A stretch of 38,256 bases of DNA from Malacoraja senta (taxonomy: Eukaryota): positions 1 to 38,256 of the forward strand of contig JAXLNO010000100.1 in the NCBI GenBank assembly GCA_038087875.1, in the 5' to 3' direction. The notes beneath the pieces were generated by a model. It was given only the letters and a program-made list of their open reading frames with translations. It did not search any database and had not been told where the DNA came from. The translations under genes were made by a program, and so were the position numbers. Below, one piece after another: positions 23,213 to 36,521 of this stretch (within the stretch, counting starts at the first letter, position 1; each line of letters starts with the position of its first letter).

Positions 23213-23753
23213 GGGTCAGGCTCCCTGTTCAGACTGACCTGCTGAGTTACTCCAGATTTTTTTTTTTTAATGCATTTCCAGCTTCTAAACGTGATTCTAA
23301 TTGTGGGAAAAGTGTATACTAATTCACTACCTGCTGTTAGAAATTGCTAAACAAGATGACTCTAAACAACTTGGTATTAATTATGTTCATAATTAACAAG
23401 GAGTAAAGGTTTCTCGAGCACCTTTACTGACCTTTGCACCTGCAGCAGTGCCTCAAAGCAGACAGAGCTTTTGTGAAGCAATACTCCGCTAAATAACCAT
23501 ATTCTTTGCATGATTACAATTCATCTCTGACTACAAAGCATTTCAGGACATATTTTGCGGTTGTAAAATGTAATGACAAAACCAGTGTGCTTTGTTTTCC
23601 GTTTGTGTTTTGGGGTTGATGATTGAAGGCTGACACACAGGGTGTACCGCAACAGTTATGATAAAAGATTATCAGGCTGAATAATTCATGAAGGTGGAAA
23701 GAGGGCAGAGGCGATTGACGAGGATGTGGCCAGGAATAAACCATGCGCAATGA

Positions 23754-24408
23754 ATAGACAACAGGTGCAGGAGTAGGCCATTCAGCCCTTCGAGCCAGCA
23801 CCGCCATTCAATGTCATCATGGCTGATCATCCACAATCAGTACCCCGTTCCTGCCTTCTCCCCATATTTCCTGACTCCGCTATCTTTAAGAGCCCTATCT
23901 AGCTCTCTCTTAAAAGTATCCAGAGAATCGGCCTCCACCGCCCTCTCTGGTAGAGAATTCCACAGACTCACAACTCTCTGTCTATTCTATTCTATTCTGA
24001 CAAACTCTATTGTCTATTGTCTATTGTCTCTGTGTGAAAAAAATGTTTCCTCATCTCCGTTCTAAATGGCTTACCCCTTATTCTTAAAATGTGGCCCGTG
24101 GTTCTGGACTCCTGCCACATCAGGAATATGTTTAAGAAGGAACTGCAGATGCTGTAAAATCGAAGGTAGACAAAAGTGCTGCAGAAACTCAGCGGGTGCA
24201 GCAGCAGCATATATGGAGCGAAGGAAATAGGCAATGTTTCAGGCCGAAACCCTTCTTCAGACTCTTCTTCAGAATATGTTTCCTGCCTCTAGCGTGTCCA
24301 AACCCTTAATAATCTTATATGTTTCAATAAGATCTCCTCTCATCCTTCTAAACTCCTGAGTATACAAGCCCAGCCGCTCCATTCTCTCGGCATATGACAG
24401 TCCCGCAT
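23754..24408 (-). mobile_element. CR1 3' fragment with two internal insertions
   Basis: Reverse match to the CR1 ORF2 end. Contains a Penelope piece at 24134-24271 with TSD gaatatgttt, and a 45-bp insert at 23982-24026. Confidence 0.85.
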
Positions 24409-25171
24409 AGTTGCATGGTCTCGCCGATGTACAGGAGGCCACATCAGGAGTACCGGATGCAGCAGGTGAGGTTAGAGGACCTGCACGTGAGCTTCTGACT
24501 CACCTGGATGGAACGCTGGGGTCCCAGGGTGGAGGTGAGGACAAAGGCATTGGGACAGGGATATGGGCCAAATGGTGGCAAATGAGAGCAGTCTGAAGAA
24601 GGGTCCGATGCTTTATAAACAACATTTAAAAGACATTTGGACAGGTACATGGATATGAAAGGTTGAGAGGGATACGGGTCCAACACAGGCAGGTGGGGCT
24701 TGCCATACCGTGAAACTTCATCTATCCATGTTCTCCAGAGATGCTGCTTGACCTTGAGTTACTCCAGCACTTTGTGTCTTCTCTCGAGACTAGTTTAGAT
24801 GGGGCATGTTGGTTGGCATAGACGGGTTGGACCGAAGGGCCTCTTTCCGTGCTGTATGACCCCTTGATAAAATATGATGAATACAATAGTCATAGAGTGA
24901 TACAGCATGGAAACAGGCCCTTCGGCCCAACTTGCCCACACTGACCAACATGTCCCATCTACATTAGTCCCACCTGCCCACATTTGGCTCATATCCACTC
25001 TAAACCTGTCCTATCCAAATACCTGTCTAAATGTCTCATATTCGTTGTGACAATACCCTGCTTCCTCGGTGGATAGACCCAGTGAGTAGTTGGAAGTATG
25101 ATTGCTGATTCATTACGTGTACCTCAACCTGCAGAATACAATAGTATGTCTTCAATAGACCGAGAATGATG

Positions 25172-25515
25172 GAAACATAGAAAAATAGGTGCAGGAGTAG
25201 GCCATTCGGCCCTTCCAAGCATAAAGTGCCTGAAAAGGACCAGTTAATTCCTACTCTTTGCTTCCTGTGTGCCAACCAGTTCTCTATCCATGTCAATACC
25301 CTACCCCCAATACCATGTGCTCTAATTTTGCACGCTAATCTCTTGTGTGGGACCATGTCAAAGGCTTTTTGAAAGTCCAGAAACACCACATCCACTGACT
25401 CTCCCTTATCCATTCTACTTGTTACATCCTTAAAAAATTCCAGAAGATTAGTCAAGCATGATTTCCCCTTCATAAATCCATGCTGACTTTGACCGATCCC
25501 ATCACTGCTCTCCAC
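25172..25515 (-). mobile_element. CR1 RT fragment joined to a CR1 3' tail
   Basis: Translation QHGFMKGKSCLTNLLEFF...DFQKAFD followed by an internal deletion to the 3' end. Confidence 0.88.
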
Positions 25516-26129
25516 CCTATCTATTGTGGGAGTGCGGGAGGAAACCAGAGCTCGCAGGTCCCAGTGAGAAAATACAAACTCTGTTCAGACAGTACCCATA
25601 GTCAGGATTGAACCTGCGTCTCTGGCGCTCATGTCCCTATGAAATCTTTCCCCCCCTCACCTTAAATCTATGTCCTCTGATTCTCGATTCCTGTACTCTG
25701 GGCAAGAGACTCTGTGCAACTACCTGATCTATTCCTCTCATGATTTTACACACCTCTATATGATTACCCCTCATCCTCCCGTGTTCCAAGGAATAGAGTC
25801 CTAGCCAGCACAACCCTTGTTTTCATTACAAAATGTCACCTTGTAAGCGAGCTATCAAACTATATCTGATTTCACGTATGAATCCTACATACCCTACCCC
25901 ACAGAGGTGCCATAGTTCATTAATCAGCAGATGTGAGGGGTTGTTAACAGATTCCCAACTTTGCTATCCAATTCCCAGCAGGAGGGACATAATACAAAAT
26001 AAAACTAATCTAGTCCACCCATTACAAATTCAGATTGCTTCCTTTCCAGCAGCTTTTCCTCCCGTGTATTATGTTTCAATGTGAATGTATCTTGTACAAC
26101 ATAAAAATCACAGTGAGTCTCCAGTGGTT

Positions 26130-26590
26130 CATGGTCATGGGTTTCAGGCGCAGAATTAGGCCATTCGGCCCATCAAGTCTACTCCGCCAATCAATCATGG
26201 CTGATCTATCTTTCCCTCTCAACCCCATTCTCCTGCCTTCTCCCCATAACGCCAGACACCCGCACTAATCAAGATTCAGTCAATCTCCGCCTTATAAATA
26301 CCCATTAACTTGGCCTCCACATCTTCGGTGGCAATGAGTTCCACAGATTCACCACCCTCTGGCTAAGTAAATTCCTCCTCATCTATCTAAAGGTACATCT
26401 TTTTATTCTGAGGCTATGACCTCTGGTCCTAGACTCTTCCACGAATGGAAACATCCTTTCCACATTCACTCTATCCACGCCTTTCACTACTCGGTAAGTT
26501 TCAATGCGGTCTCCCCTCATCTTTCTAAATTCCAGTGAATACAGGCCCAGTGCAGTCAAAAGCTCGTCATACGTTAACCCAATCATTCCT
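26130..26590 (-). mobile_element. CR1 3' fragment
   Basis: Translation GLYSLEFRKMRGD...SRTRGHSLRI. Confidence 0.85.
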
Positions 26591-27585
26591 GCAAATCATT
26601 TGGAAAGCAGTGACGGGATCGGTCAAAGTCAGCATGGATTTAAGAATGGATTTTAGATGATCAGCCATGATCATATTGAATGGCAGTGCTGGTTCGAAGG
26701 GCCAAATGGCCTACTCCTGCACCTATTTTTCCATGGTCTATGAATGCACAGAATAGTTTTTCTCAGACTAGGGGTATCAAGAACCATAGATGAGAGGGGA
26801 AAGATTTAATTGGAACCTGAGGGGTAACTTTTCCACTCAGAGGGAGGTGGATATATGGAACGAGCTGGCAGAGGGGGTAGTTGAGGCTGGTACTATAATA
26901 TTTCAAAGACTTTTGAACAAGTGCGTGGATAGGAAACGTTGAATGGGACATGGACACAAAATGCTGGAGTAACTCAGTGGGTCAGGCAATGTTCCTGTGG
27001 CGAAAAAGAATAAGTGACATTTCAGGTCGAGACCCTCCTTCATGGCCAAACACAGGCAGGTGGGACTAGTATAGATGGGGCATGTTGCTCAGCATGGGCA
27101 AGTTGGACCGAAGGGCCTGTTTCCAACTTGCTTAGAATGGGGACTCTTGGACAGGTACATGGGGAGGGGAAAGGTTTAGAGGAATATGGGCCCCACAGGG
27201 AGATAATAGCTCGGTTTGGAATGAAAAACACAGTTGGAGTGTAGATGCAGAAAGGGAAGAGACAAGTGGAACTGGGCACGTCAGGCAAGGGGGCTATTGT
27301 TGATTGGGTTGAAGGCATCAATGTATGTATGGAGAGGCTGATGAGAATACAGGATGGGTCACCAGGCTACAATGTTGAAAGGTCTACTCTTGCTCCTGTC
27401 TTTAATGGTTCTATCACAGTCCACAGAATTGTTTTATGACCACTGTAAAACAATGTCTGAGGCGGCTAGTTTAGATCTTTATCGCAACAAGATTTCTCAA
27501 CGTGGTTGACCTGGGTTGAAATAAATAAAGGCTTCTCAGTAACATTGGCCAATGACCACCTGGTGTAAACAACAACTGAACTAAG

Positions 27586-27990
27586 ATGAGAAGGGGAGGA
27601 GACAATAAGGGCTACCGGAAATTGGAGAAGTCAATGTTCATACCACTGGGGTGTAAACTACCCAAGCAAAATATGTGGTGCTGCTCCTACAATTTCCGGT
27701 GGTGCTCACTCTGGCCATGGAGGAGGCCCAGGACAGAAAGGTCGGATTTGGAATGGGAGGGGGAGTTGAAGTGATGAGCCACCGGGAGTTCAGGTAGGTT
27801 ATTGCGGACCGAGCGGAGGCCTCCTCAGCCTCCCCTTCTCGGCTCTCCCTCAGCCCACTGGCTCCTCCTCTTCCTTTCTTCCTCCCGCCCCCTCCCCCCC
27901 CCACCCTACATCAGTCTGAAGAAGGGTTTTGGCCCGAAACGTTGCCTATTTCCTTCGCTCCATAGATGCTGCCGCACCCGCTGAGTTTCT
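27586..27990 (-). mobile_element. Penelope-like element fragment: GIY-YIG C-terminus plus an inverted pseudo-LTR
   Basis: The minus strand reads LRSVRNNLPELPVAHHFNSPSHSKSDLSVLGL...L*EQHHIFCLGSLHPSGMNIDF, and 27820-27990 is the pseudo-LTR in the opposite orientation. Confidence 0.85.
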
Positions 27991-30900
27991 GAGAAAGGTA
28001 ACAATCTCAGGATTACTGCCTGTGCCACGCGACAGTGAGAATAGGAATGGAGCGAGGTGGAGGATAAATGCGTGGCTGAAGGACTGGTGCAGTGGGCAGG
28101 GATTCAAGTTTCTGGATCATTGGAACCTCTTTTGGGGAAGGTGTGACCTGTACAAAAAGGACGGGTTGCACTCAATATCCTGGCGGGGAGATTTGCAAAG
28201 GCTACTGGGGAGACTTTAAACTAGAACGGTTGGGGGGAGGGACTCAAATAGAGAACACTAGTAGACAGTGTGTGAGGCAGGAGGCAGAGAAGGGAAGCAC
28301 TCAGACCAACATGTAGGGGGGAAAGAAGAAAAAGATAATAAACAGAATAAGAGGTGGTGGGTTTCTTAAATGTGTGAGCAGAGAGACAGAGGGGAGTAAA
28401 ATGAGGGTAGAAGCAATAGGTAGCAAGGTGAAAAGTAAAAGTGGTAGGCAGACAAATCCAGGGCAAAAATCAAAAATAGCCATTTTTCAACATAATTGTA
28501 TAAGGGGTAAAAACAAGCCTGAAGGCTTTGTGTCTCAATGCAAGGAGCATTCGTAATAAGGTGGATGAGTTGAATGTGCAGATAGCTATTAATGACTATG
28601 ATATAGTTGGGATCACGGAGACATGGCTCCAGGGTGACCAAGGCTGGGAGCTGAACATCCAGGGATATTCAATATTCAGTAGGGATAGACAGAAAGGAAA
28701 AGGAGGTGGGGTAGCGTTGCTGGTTAGAGAGGAGATTAACGCAATTGAAAGGAAGGACATTAGCTTGGAGGATGTGGAATCGATATGCGTAGAGCTGAGA
28801 AACACTAAGGGGCAGAAAACGCTAGTGGGAGTTGTGTACACGCCACCTAACAGGAGTAGTGGAGTTGGGGATGGCATCAAACAGGAAATTAGAAATGCGT
28901 GCAACAAAGGTAAAACAGTTATAATGGGTGACTTCAATCTACATATAGTTTGGGCGAATCAAATTGGCAGGGGTGCTGAGGAAGAGGATTTCTTGGAATG
29001 TATGCGGGATAGTTTTCTAAATCAACATGTAGAGGAACCAACGAGAGAGCAGGCTATTCTAGACTGGGTATTGAGTAATGAGGAAGGGTTAGTTAGCAGT
29101 CTTGTTGTGCGTGGCTCCTTGGGCAAGAGTGACCATAATATGGTTGAGTTCTTCATTAGGATGGAGAGTGACATAATTAATTCAGAAACAAGGGTTCTGA
29201 ATTTAAAGAAAGGTAACTTTGAGGGTATGAGATGTGAATTGGCCAAGATAGACTGGCAATTGATTCTTAAAAGGTTGACGGTGGATATGCAATGGAAGGC
29301 ATTTAAAGACTGCATGGATGAACTACAAAAATTGTTCATCCCAGTTTGGCAAAAGAAATCAGGGAAGATAGTGCATCCGTGGATAACAAGGGAAATCAGG
29401 GATAGTATCAAAACAAAAGATGAAGCATACAAATTGGCCAGAAAAAGCAGCCTACCAGAGAACTGGGAGAAATTCAGAGTCCAGCAGAGGAGGACAAAGG
29501 GTTTAGTTAGGAAAGGGAAAATAGATTATGAAAGAAAACTGGCAGGGAACATAAAAACTGACTGCAAAAGTTTTTATAGATATGTGAATAGAAAAAGATT
29601 AGTTAAAACAAATGTAGGTCCCTTGCAGTCAGAAACAGGTGAATTGATCATGGGGAACAAGGACATGGCAGACCAATTGAGTAGCTACTTTGGTTCTGTC
29701 TTCACTAAGGAAGACTTAATTAATCTGCCGGAAATAGCAGGGGACCGGGGGTCAAATGAGATGGAGGAACTTAGTGTTAGCCGGGAAGTGGTGTTAGGTA
29801 AATTGAATGAATTATAGGCCGATAAATCCCCAGGGCCAGATAGGCTGCATCCCAGAGTACTTAAGGAAGTAGCTCCAGAAATAGTGGATGCATTAGTGAT
29901 AATTTTTCAAAATTCTTTAGATTCTGGAGTAGTTCCTGAGGATTGGAGGGTAGCAAACGTAACCCCACTTTTTAAGAAGGGAGGGAGAGAGAAAACGGGG
30001 AATTACAGACCAGTTAGTCTAACATCGGTAGTGGGGAAACTGCTAGAGTCAGTTATTAAAGATGGGATAGCAGCACATTTGGAAAGTGGTGAAATCATTG
30101 GACAAAGTCAGCATGGATTTACGAAAGGTAAATCGTGTCTGACGAATCTTATAGAATTTTTCGAGGATGTAACTAGTAGAGTGGATAGGGGAGAACCAGT
30201 GGATGTGTTGTATCTGGACTTTCAGAAGGCTTTCGACAAGGTACCACATAAGAGATTAGGATACAAACTTAAATCACACGGTATTGGGGGTTCAGTATTG
30301 ATGTGGATAGAGAACTGGCTGGCAAACAGGAAGCAAAGAGTAGGAGTAAACGGGTCCTTTTCACAATGGCAGGCAGTGACTAATGGGGTACCGCAAGGCT
30401 CAGTGCTGGGACCCCAGCTATTTACAATTTATATTAATGATCTGGACGAGGGAATTGAAAGCAACATCTCCAAGTTTGCGGATGACACTAAGCTGGGGGG
30501 CAGTGTTAGCTGTGAGGAGGATGCTAGGAGACTGCAAGGTGACTTGGATAGGCTGGGTGAGTGGGTAAATGTTTGGCAGATGCAGTATAATGTGGATAAA
30601 TGTGAGGTTATCCACTTTGGTGGCAAAAACGGGAAGGCAGACTATTATCTAAATGGTGGCCGATTAGGAAATGGGGAGGTGCAGCGAGACCTGGGTGTCA
30701 TGGTACACCAGTCATTGAAAGTAGGCATGCAGGTGCAGCAGGCAGTGAAGAAAGCGAATGGTATGTTGGCCTTCATAGCAAGAGGATTTGAGTATAGGAG
30801 CAGGGAGGTTCTATTGCAGTTGTACAGGGTCTTGGTGAGACCACACCTGGAGTATTGCGTACAGTTTTGGTCTCCAAATCTGAGGAAGGACATTATAGCC

Positions 30901-31406
30901 ATAGAAGGAGTGCAGAGAAGGTTCACCAGACTGATTCCTGGGATGTCAGGACTTTCATATGAAGAAAGACTGGATAGACTTGGCTTATACTCGCTAGAAT
31001 TTAGGAGATTGAGAGGGGATCTTATAGAAACGTACAAAATTCTTGTGGGGTTGGACAGGCTAGATGCAGGAAGATTGTTCCCGATGTTGGGGAAGTCCAG
31101 GACAAGGGGTCACAGCTTAAGGATAAGGGGGAAATCCTTTAAGACCGAGATGAGGAAAAACGTTTTCACACAGCGAGTGGTGAATCTCTGGAACTCTCTG
31201 CCACAGAGGGTAGTTGAGGCCAGTTCATTGGCTATATTTAAGAGGGAGTTAGATGTGGCCCTTGTGGCTAAACGGATCAGGGGGTATGGAGAGAAGGCAG
31301 GTACGGGATACTGAGTTGGATGATCAGCCATGATCATATTGAATGGCGGTGCAGGCTCGAAGGGCCGAATGGCCTACTCCTGCACCTATTCTCTATGTAT
31401 CTATGT
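27991..31406 (+). mobile_element. CR1 LINE with the ORF1 C-terminus and a nearly intact ORF2
   Basis: ORF1 esterase-like tail (ISGLLP...INAWL...DGLH). ORF2 EN (NARS, ITETW, GDFN, SDH) and RT (FADD) are in one frame, split by a single TAG at 29815-29817. Ends in a (ctatgt) tail. Confidence 0.96.
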
Positions 31407-34400
31407 CGACCTTGCCGGATTTGTATCGACCTTGCCGGAAATATGGCGACCTCGCCGGATCTGTGGCGACCTTGCCGGATTTATGGCGACCTTGCCGGAA
31501 ATATGGTGACCTCGCCGGATTTGTGGCGATCTTGCCGGATTTATGGCGACCTTGCCGGACTTATGGCGACCTCGCCGGATTTGTGGCGACCTTGCCGGAT
31601 TTATGACGACCTTGCCGGACATATGGCGACTTCGCCGGATTTGTGGCGACCTTGCCGGATTTGAGGCGACCTTGCTGGAAATATGGCGACCTTGTCGGAT
31701 TTGTGGCGACCTTGCCGGAATTGTGGCGACCTTGCCGGAAATATCGCGATCTCGCCGGATTTGTGGTGACCTTGCCGGATTTATGGCGAACTTGCCGGAT
31801 TGATGGCGACCTTGCCGGATTTGTGGCGACCTTGCCGAATTTATGGCGACCTTGACGGAAATATGGCGACCTCGCCGGACTTGTGGCGACCTTGCCGGAA
31901 ATATCGCGATCTCGCCGGATATGTGGCGACCTTGCCGGATTTATGGCGACCTTGCCAGATTTATGGAGACCTTGCCGGGAATATGGCGATCTTGCTGGAT
32001 TTGTGGCGACCTTGCCGGTTTATGGCTACCTCGCCGGATTTATGGCGACCTTGCCGGATTTGTGGCGACCTTGCCGAATTTATGGCGACCTTGACGGAAA
32101 TATGGCGCCTTGCTGAATTTGTGGCGACGTTGCCGGAAATATGGCGACGTTGCCGGAAATACGGCGACCTGGCCGGATTTATGGCAACCTTGCCGGAAAT
32201 GTGGCGGCCTTGCCGGAAATATGGCGACCTTGTCGGATTTGTGGCGACCTTGCCGGATTTATGGCGACCTTGCCGGAAATATGGCGACCTTGTCGGATTT
32301 GTGGCGACCTTGCCGGATATATTGCGACCATGCTGGAAATATGGGACCTTGCCGGATTTGTGGCGAACTTGCCGGATTTATGGCGACTTTTCCGGAAATA
32401 TGGCGCCATTGCCGGATTTGAGGCGACCTTGCCGGATTTATGGCGACCTTGCCGGAAATATGGCGACCTTGCCGGATTTGTGGCGACCTTGCCGGATATT
32501 TTGCGACCATGCTGGATATATGGGGACCTTGCCGTATTTGTGGCGATCTTGCCGGATTTATGGCGACTTTTCCGGAAATATGGCGCCATTGCCGGATTTG
32601 AGGCGACCTTGCCGGATTTATGTCGACCTTGCCGGATTTGTATCGACCTTGCCGGAAATATGGCGACCTCGCCGGATCTGCGGCGACCTTGCCGGATTTA
32701 TGGCGACCTTGCCGGAAACATCGCGACCTCGCCGGATTTGTGGCGATTTTGCCGGATTTTTGGCGACCTTGCCTGGAATATGGCGACCTCGCCGGATTTG
32801 TGGTCAACATGCTGGATTGATGGCAACCTTGCCGGAAATATGACTACCTCGCCGGATTTGTGGCGACCTTTCTGGATTTATGGCGACCTTGCCGGAAATA
32901 TGGCGACCTTGCCGGATGTGTGGCGATCTTGCCGGATTTATGGCGACCTTGCTGGAAATATGGCGACCTTGCCGGATTTGCGGCGACCTTGCCGGATTTA
33001 TGGCGAACTTGCCGGATTTGTGGCGAACTTGCCGGAAATATGGGGACCTCGCCGGATTTCTGGCGACCATGCCGGATTTATGACGACCTTGCCGTATTTA
33101 TGGCGACCTTGCCTGAAATATGGCGACCTTGCCGAATTTATGGCGACCTTGCCGGATTTTTGGCGACCTCGCCGGATTTGTGGCGACCTTGCCGGATTTA
33201 TGGCGACCTTGCCGGAAATATGGCGACCTCGCCGGATTTGTGGCGACCTTGCCGGATTTATGACGACCTTGTCGGAAATATGGCGACCTCGCCGGATTTC
33301 TGGCGACCTTGCCGGTTTTGAGGCGACCTTGCCGGAAATATGGCGACCTCGCCGGATTTGTGGCGACCTTGCCGGAATTGTGGCGACCTTGCCGGAAATA
33401 TCGCGATCTCGCCGGATTTGTGGCGACCTTGCCGGATTTGTGGCGACCTTGCCGGATTTATGGCGACCTTGCCGGGAATATGGCCACCTCGCTGGATTTG
33501 TCGCGACCTTGCCGGATTTATGGCTACCTCGCCGGATTTATGGCGACCTTGCCGGATTTGTGGCGACCTTGCCGAATTTTTTGGCGACCTTGACGGAAAT
33601 ATGGCGGCCTTGCTGGATTTGTGGCGACCTTGCCGGAAATATGGCGACCTTGCCGGAAATATGGCGACCTGGCCGAATTTATGGCAACCTTGCCGGAAAT
33701 ATGGCGACCACGCCGGAAATATGGCGACCTTGCCTGATTTTTGGCGATCTTGCCGGAAATATTGCGACCTTGGTGGAAACATGGGGACCTTGCCGGATTT
33801 GTGGCGATCTTGCCGGATTTATGGCGACCTTTTCCGGAAATATGGCGACCTTGCCGGATTTGTGGCGACCTTGCCGGAAATATTGCGAACTTGATGGAAA
33901 TATGGGGACCTTGCCGTATTTGTGGCTACCTTGCCGGGTTTATGGCGACTTTGTCGGAAATATGGCGACATTGCCGGATTTGTGTCGAGCTTGCCGGATT
34001 TATGACGACCTTGCCGGATTTGTGGCGACCTTGCCGGAAATATGGCGACCTCGCCGGATTTGTGGCGAACATGCCGGATTTATGGCGACCTTGCCGGAAA
34101 TATGGCGACCTTGCCGGATTTGTGGCGACCTTGCCGGAAATATTGCGACCTTGCTGGAAATATGGGGATCTTGCCGGATATGTGGCGACCTTGCCGGAAA
34201 TATGGAGACCTTGCCGGAAATATAGCGACCTTGCCGGATTTGTGGCGACCTTGCCGGATTTACGGCGACCTTGTCGGAAATATGGCGAGCTTGCCGGATT
34301 GTGGCGACCTTGCCGCAAATATTGCGACCTTGCTGGAAATATGGGGACCTTGCCGTATTTGTCGCGACCTTGCCGGATTTATGGTGACTTTGCCGGAAAT

Positions 34401-34588
34401 ATGGCGACATTGCCGGATTTGAGGCGACCTTGCCGGATTTATGACGACCTTGCCGGATTTATGGCGACCTTGCCTGAAATATGGCGACCTTGCCGAATTT
34501 GTGGCGACCTTGCCGGATTTATGGCGACCTTGCCGGATTTGTGGCGACCTTGCCGGATTGATGGCGACCTTGCCGGATTTATGGCGAC

Positions 34589-35412
34589 ATATGGAGAGGG
34601 TCAGAACTGGACCTAGGGTTGAGATTTTTGTTTGGAGAAAGGCTAACTGAGGAGATGCGAAAGGATTTAAAAGGAGTGAATTGGGACATGTTGTTTTATG
34701 GGAAGGATGTAGAAGAAAAATGGACGACATTTAAGGGTGAAATTTTAAGAGTACAGAATCTTTATGTCCCTGTTCGGTTGAAAGGAAATAGTAAAAAATG
34801 GAAAGAGCCATGGCTTTCAAGGGAAATTGGACACGGTTCGGAAGAAGAGAGAGATCTACAATAATTATAGGCAGCATGGAGTAAATGAGGTGCTTGAGGA
34901 GTATAAAGAATTTAAAAAGAATATTAAGAAAGAAATTAGAAAAGCTAAAAGAAGATATGAGGTTGCTTTGGCAAGTAAGGTGAAAGTAAATCCAAAGGGT
35001 TTCTACAGCTATATTAATAGCAAAAGGATAACAAGGAATAAAATTGGTCCATTAGAGAGTCAGAGTGGACAGCTATCTGCAGAGCCAAAAGAGATGGGGG
35101 AGATATTGAACAATTTCTTTTCTTCGGTATTCACGAAGGAGAAGGATATGGAATTATGTGAGGTAAGGGAAACAAGCAGAGTAGCAATGGAAACTGTGAG
35201 ATTCAAAGAACCATATAACCATAACAGTACGGAAACAGGCCATCTCGGCCCTTCAAATCCGTGCCGAACATTTTTTTTAAATTAAATTAAAAATATCCTT
35301 TAAAAATGGATTGGATGGGTATATGGACGGGAAAGGAATGGAGGGTTATGGTCTGAGTGCAGGTAGATGGGACTAGGGGGAAGTATTTATTTTTAATTTA
35401 ATTAAAAATTAA
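34589..35412. mobile_element. Scrambled CR1 insertion within the satellite
   Basis: An ORF2 inter-domain fragment (+, to about 35208), then an inverted 3' terminus (about 35208-35270), then the ORF end and UTR (+, about 35294-35412) matching 37104-37200. Confidence 0.85.
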
Positions 35413-36521
35413 ATTTGCCGGATTTGTGGCGACCTTCCCGGAAATATGGCGACTTTGCCGGAAATATAGCGACCTTGCCGGATTTGTGGCGACCTTGCCG
35501 GATTTACGGCGACCTTGTCGGAAATATGGCGAGCTTGCCGGATTGTGGCGACCTTGCCGGAAATATTGCGACCTTGCTGGAAATATGGGGACCTTGCCGT
35601 ATTTGTCGCGACCTTGCCGGATTTATGGCGACTTTGCTGCAAATATGGCGACATTGCCGGATTTGAGGCGACCTTGCCGGATTTATGACGACCTTGCAGG
35701 ATTTATGGCGACCTTGCCTGAAATATGGCGACCTTGCCGAATTTGTGGCGACCTTGCCGGATTTATGGCGATTTTGCCGGATTTGTGGCTACCTTGCCGG
35801 ATTGATGGCGACCTTGCCGGATTTATGGCGACCTTGACGGAAATATGGCGACCTCGCCGGATTTGTGGCGACCTTGCCAGATTTATGACGACCTTGCCGG
35901 AAATATGGCGACCTTGCCGGATTTGGGCGACCTTGACGGAAATATGGCGACCTCGCCGGATTTATGGCGACCTTGCCGGATTTATGGCGAAGTTGCCGGA
36001 TTTGCGGCGAACTTGCCGGAAATATGGGGACACCGCCGGATTTCTGGCGACATTGCCGGATTTATGACGACCTTGCCGTATTTATGGCGACCTTGCCTGA
36101 AATATGGCGACCTTGCCGAATTCGTGGTGACCTTGCCGGATTGATGGCGACCTCGCCGGATTTGTGGCGACCTTGCCGGATTTATGGCGACCTTTCCGGA
36201 AATATGGCGACCTCGCCGGATTTGTGGCGAACTTGCCGGATTTATGACGACCTTGCCGGAAATATGGCGACTTTGCCGGATCTGTGGCGACCTTGCCGGA
36301 TTTGAGGCGACCTTGCCGGAAATATGGCGACCTCGCCGGATTTGTGGCGACCTTGCCGAAATTGTGGCGACCTTGCCGGGAATATCGCGATCTCGCCGGA
36401 TTTGTGGCGACCTTGTCGGATTTATGGCGACCTTGCCGGATTTATGGCGACCTTCCCTGAAATATGGCGACCTTGCCGAATTTGTGGCGACCTTGCCGGA
36501 TTTATGGCGACCTCGCCGGAA

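Noticed and set aside
22602..27990. Searched for the last AGA exon (GAAC...FSFM...)
   Set aside because: No convincing match by eye; it is probably beyond the window or absent.
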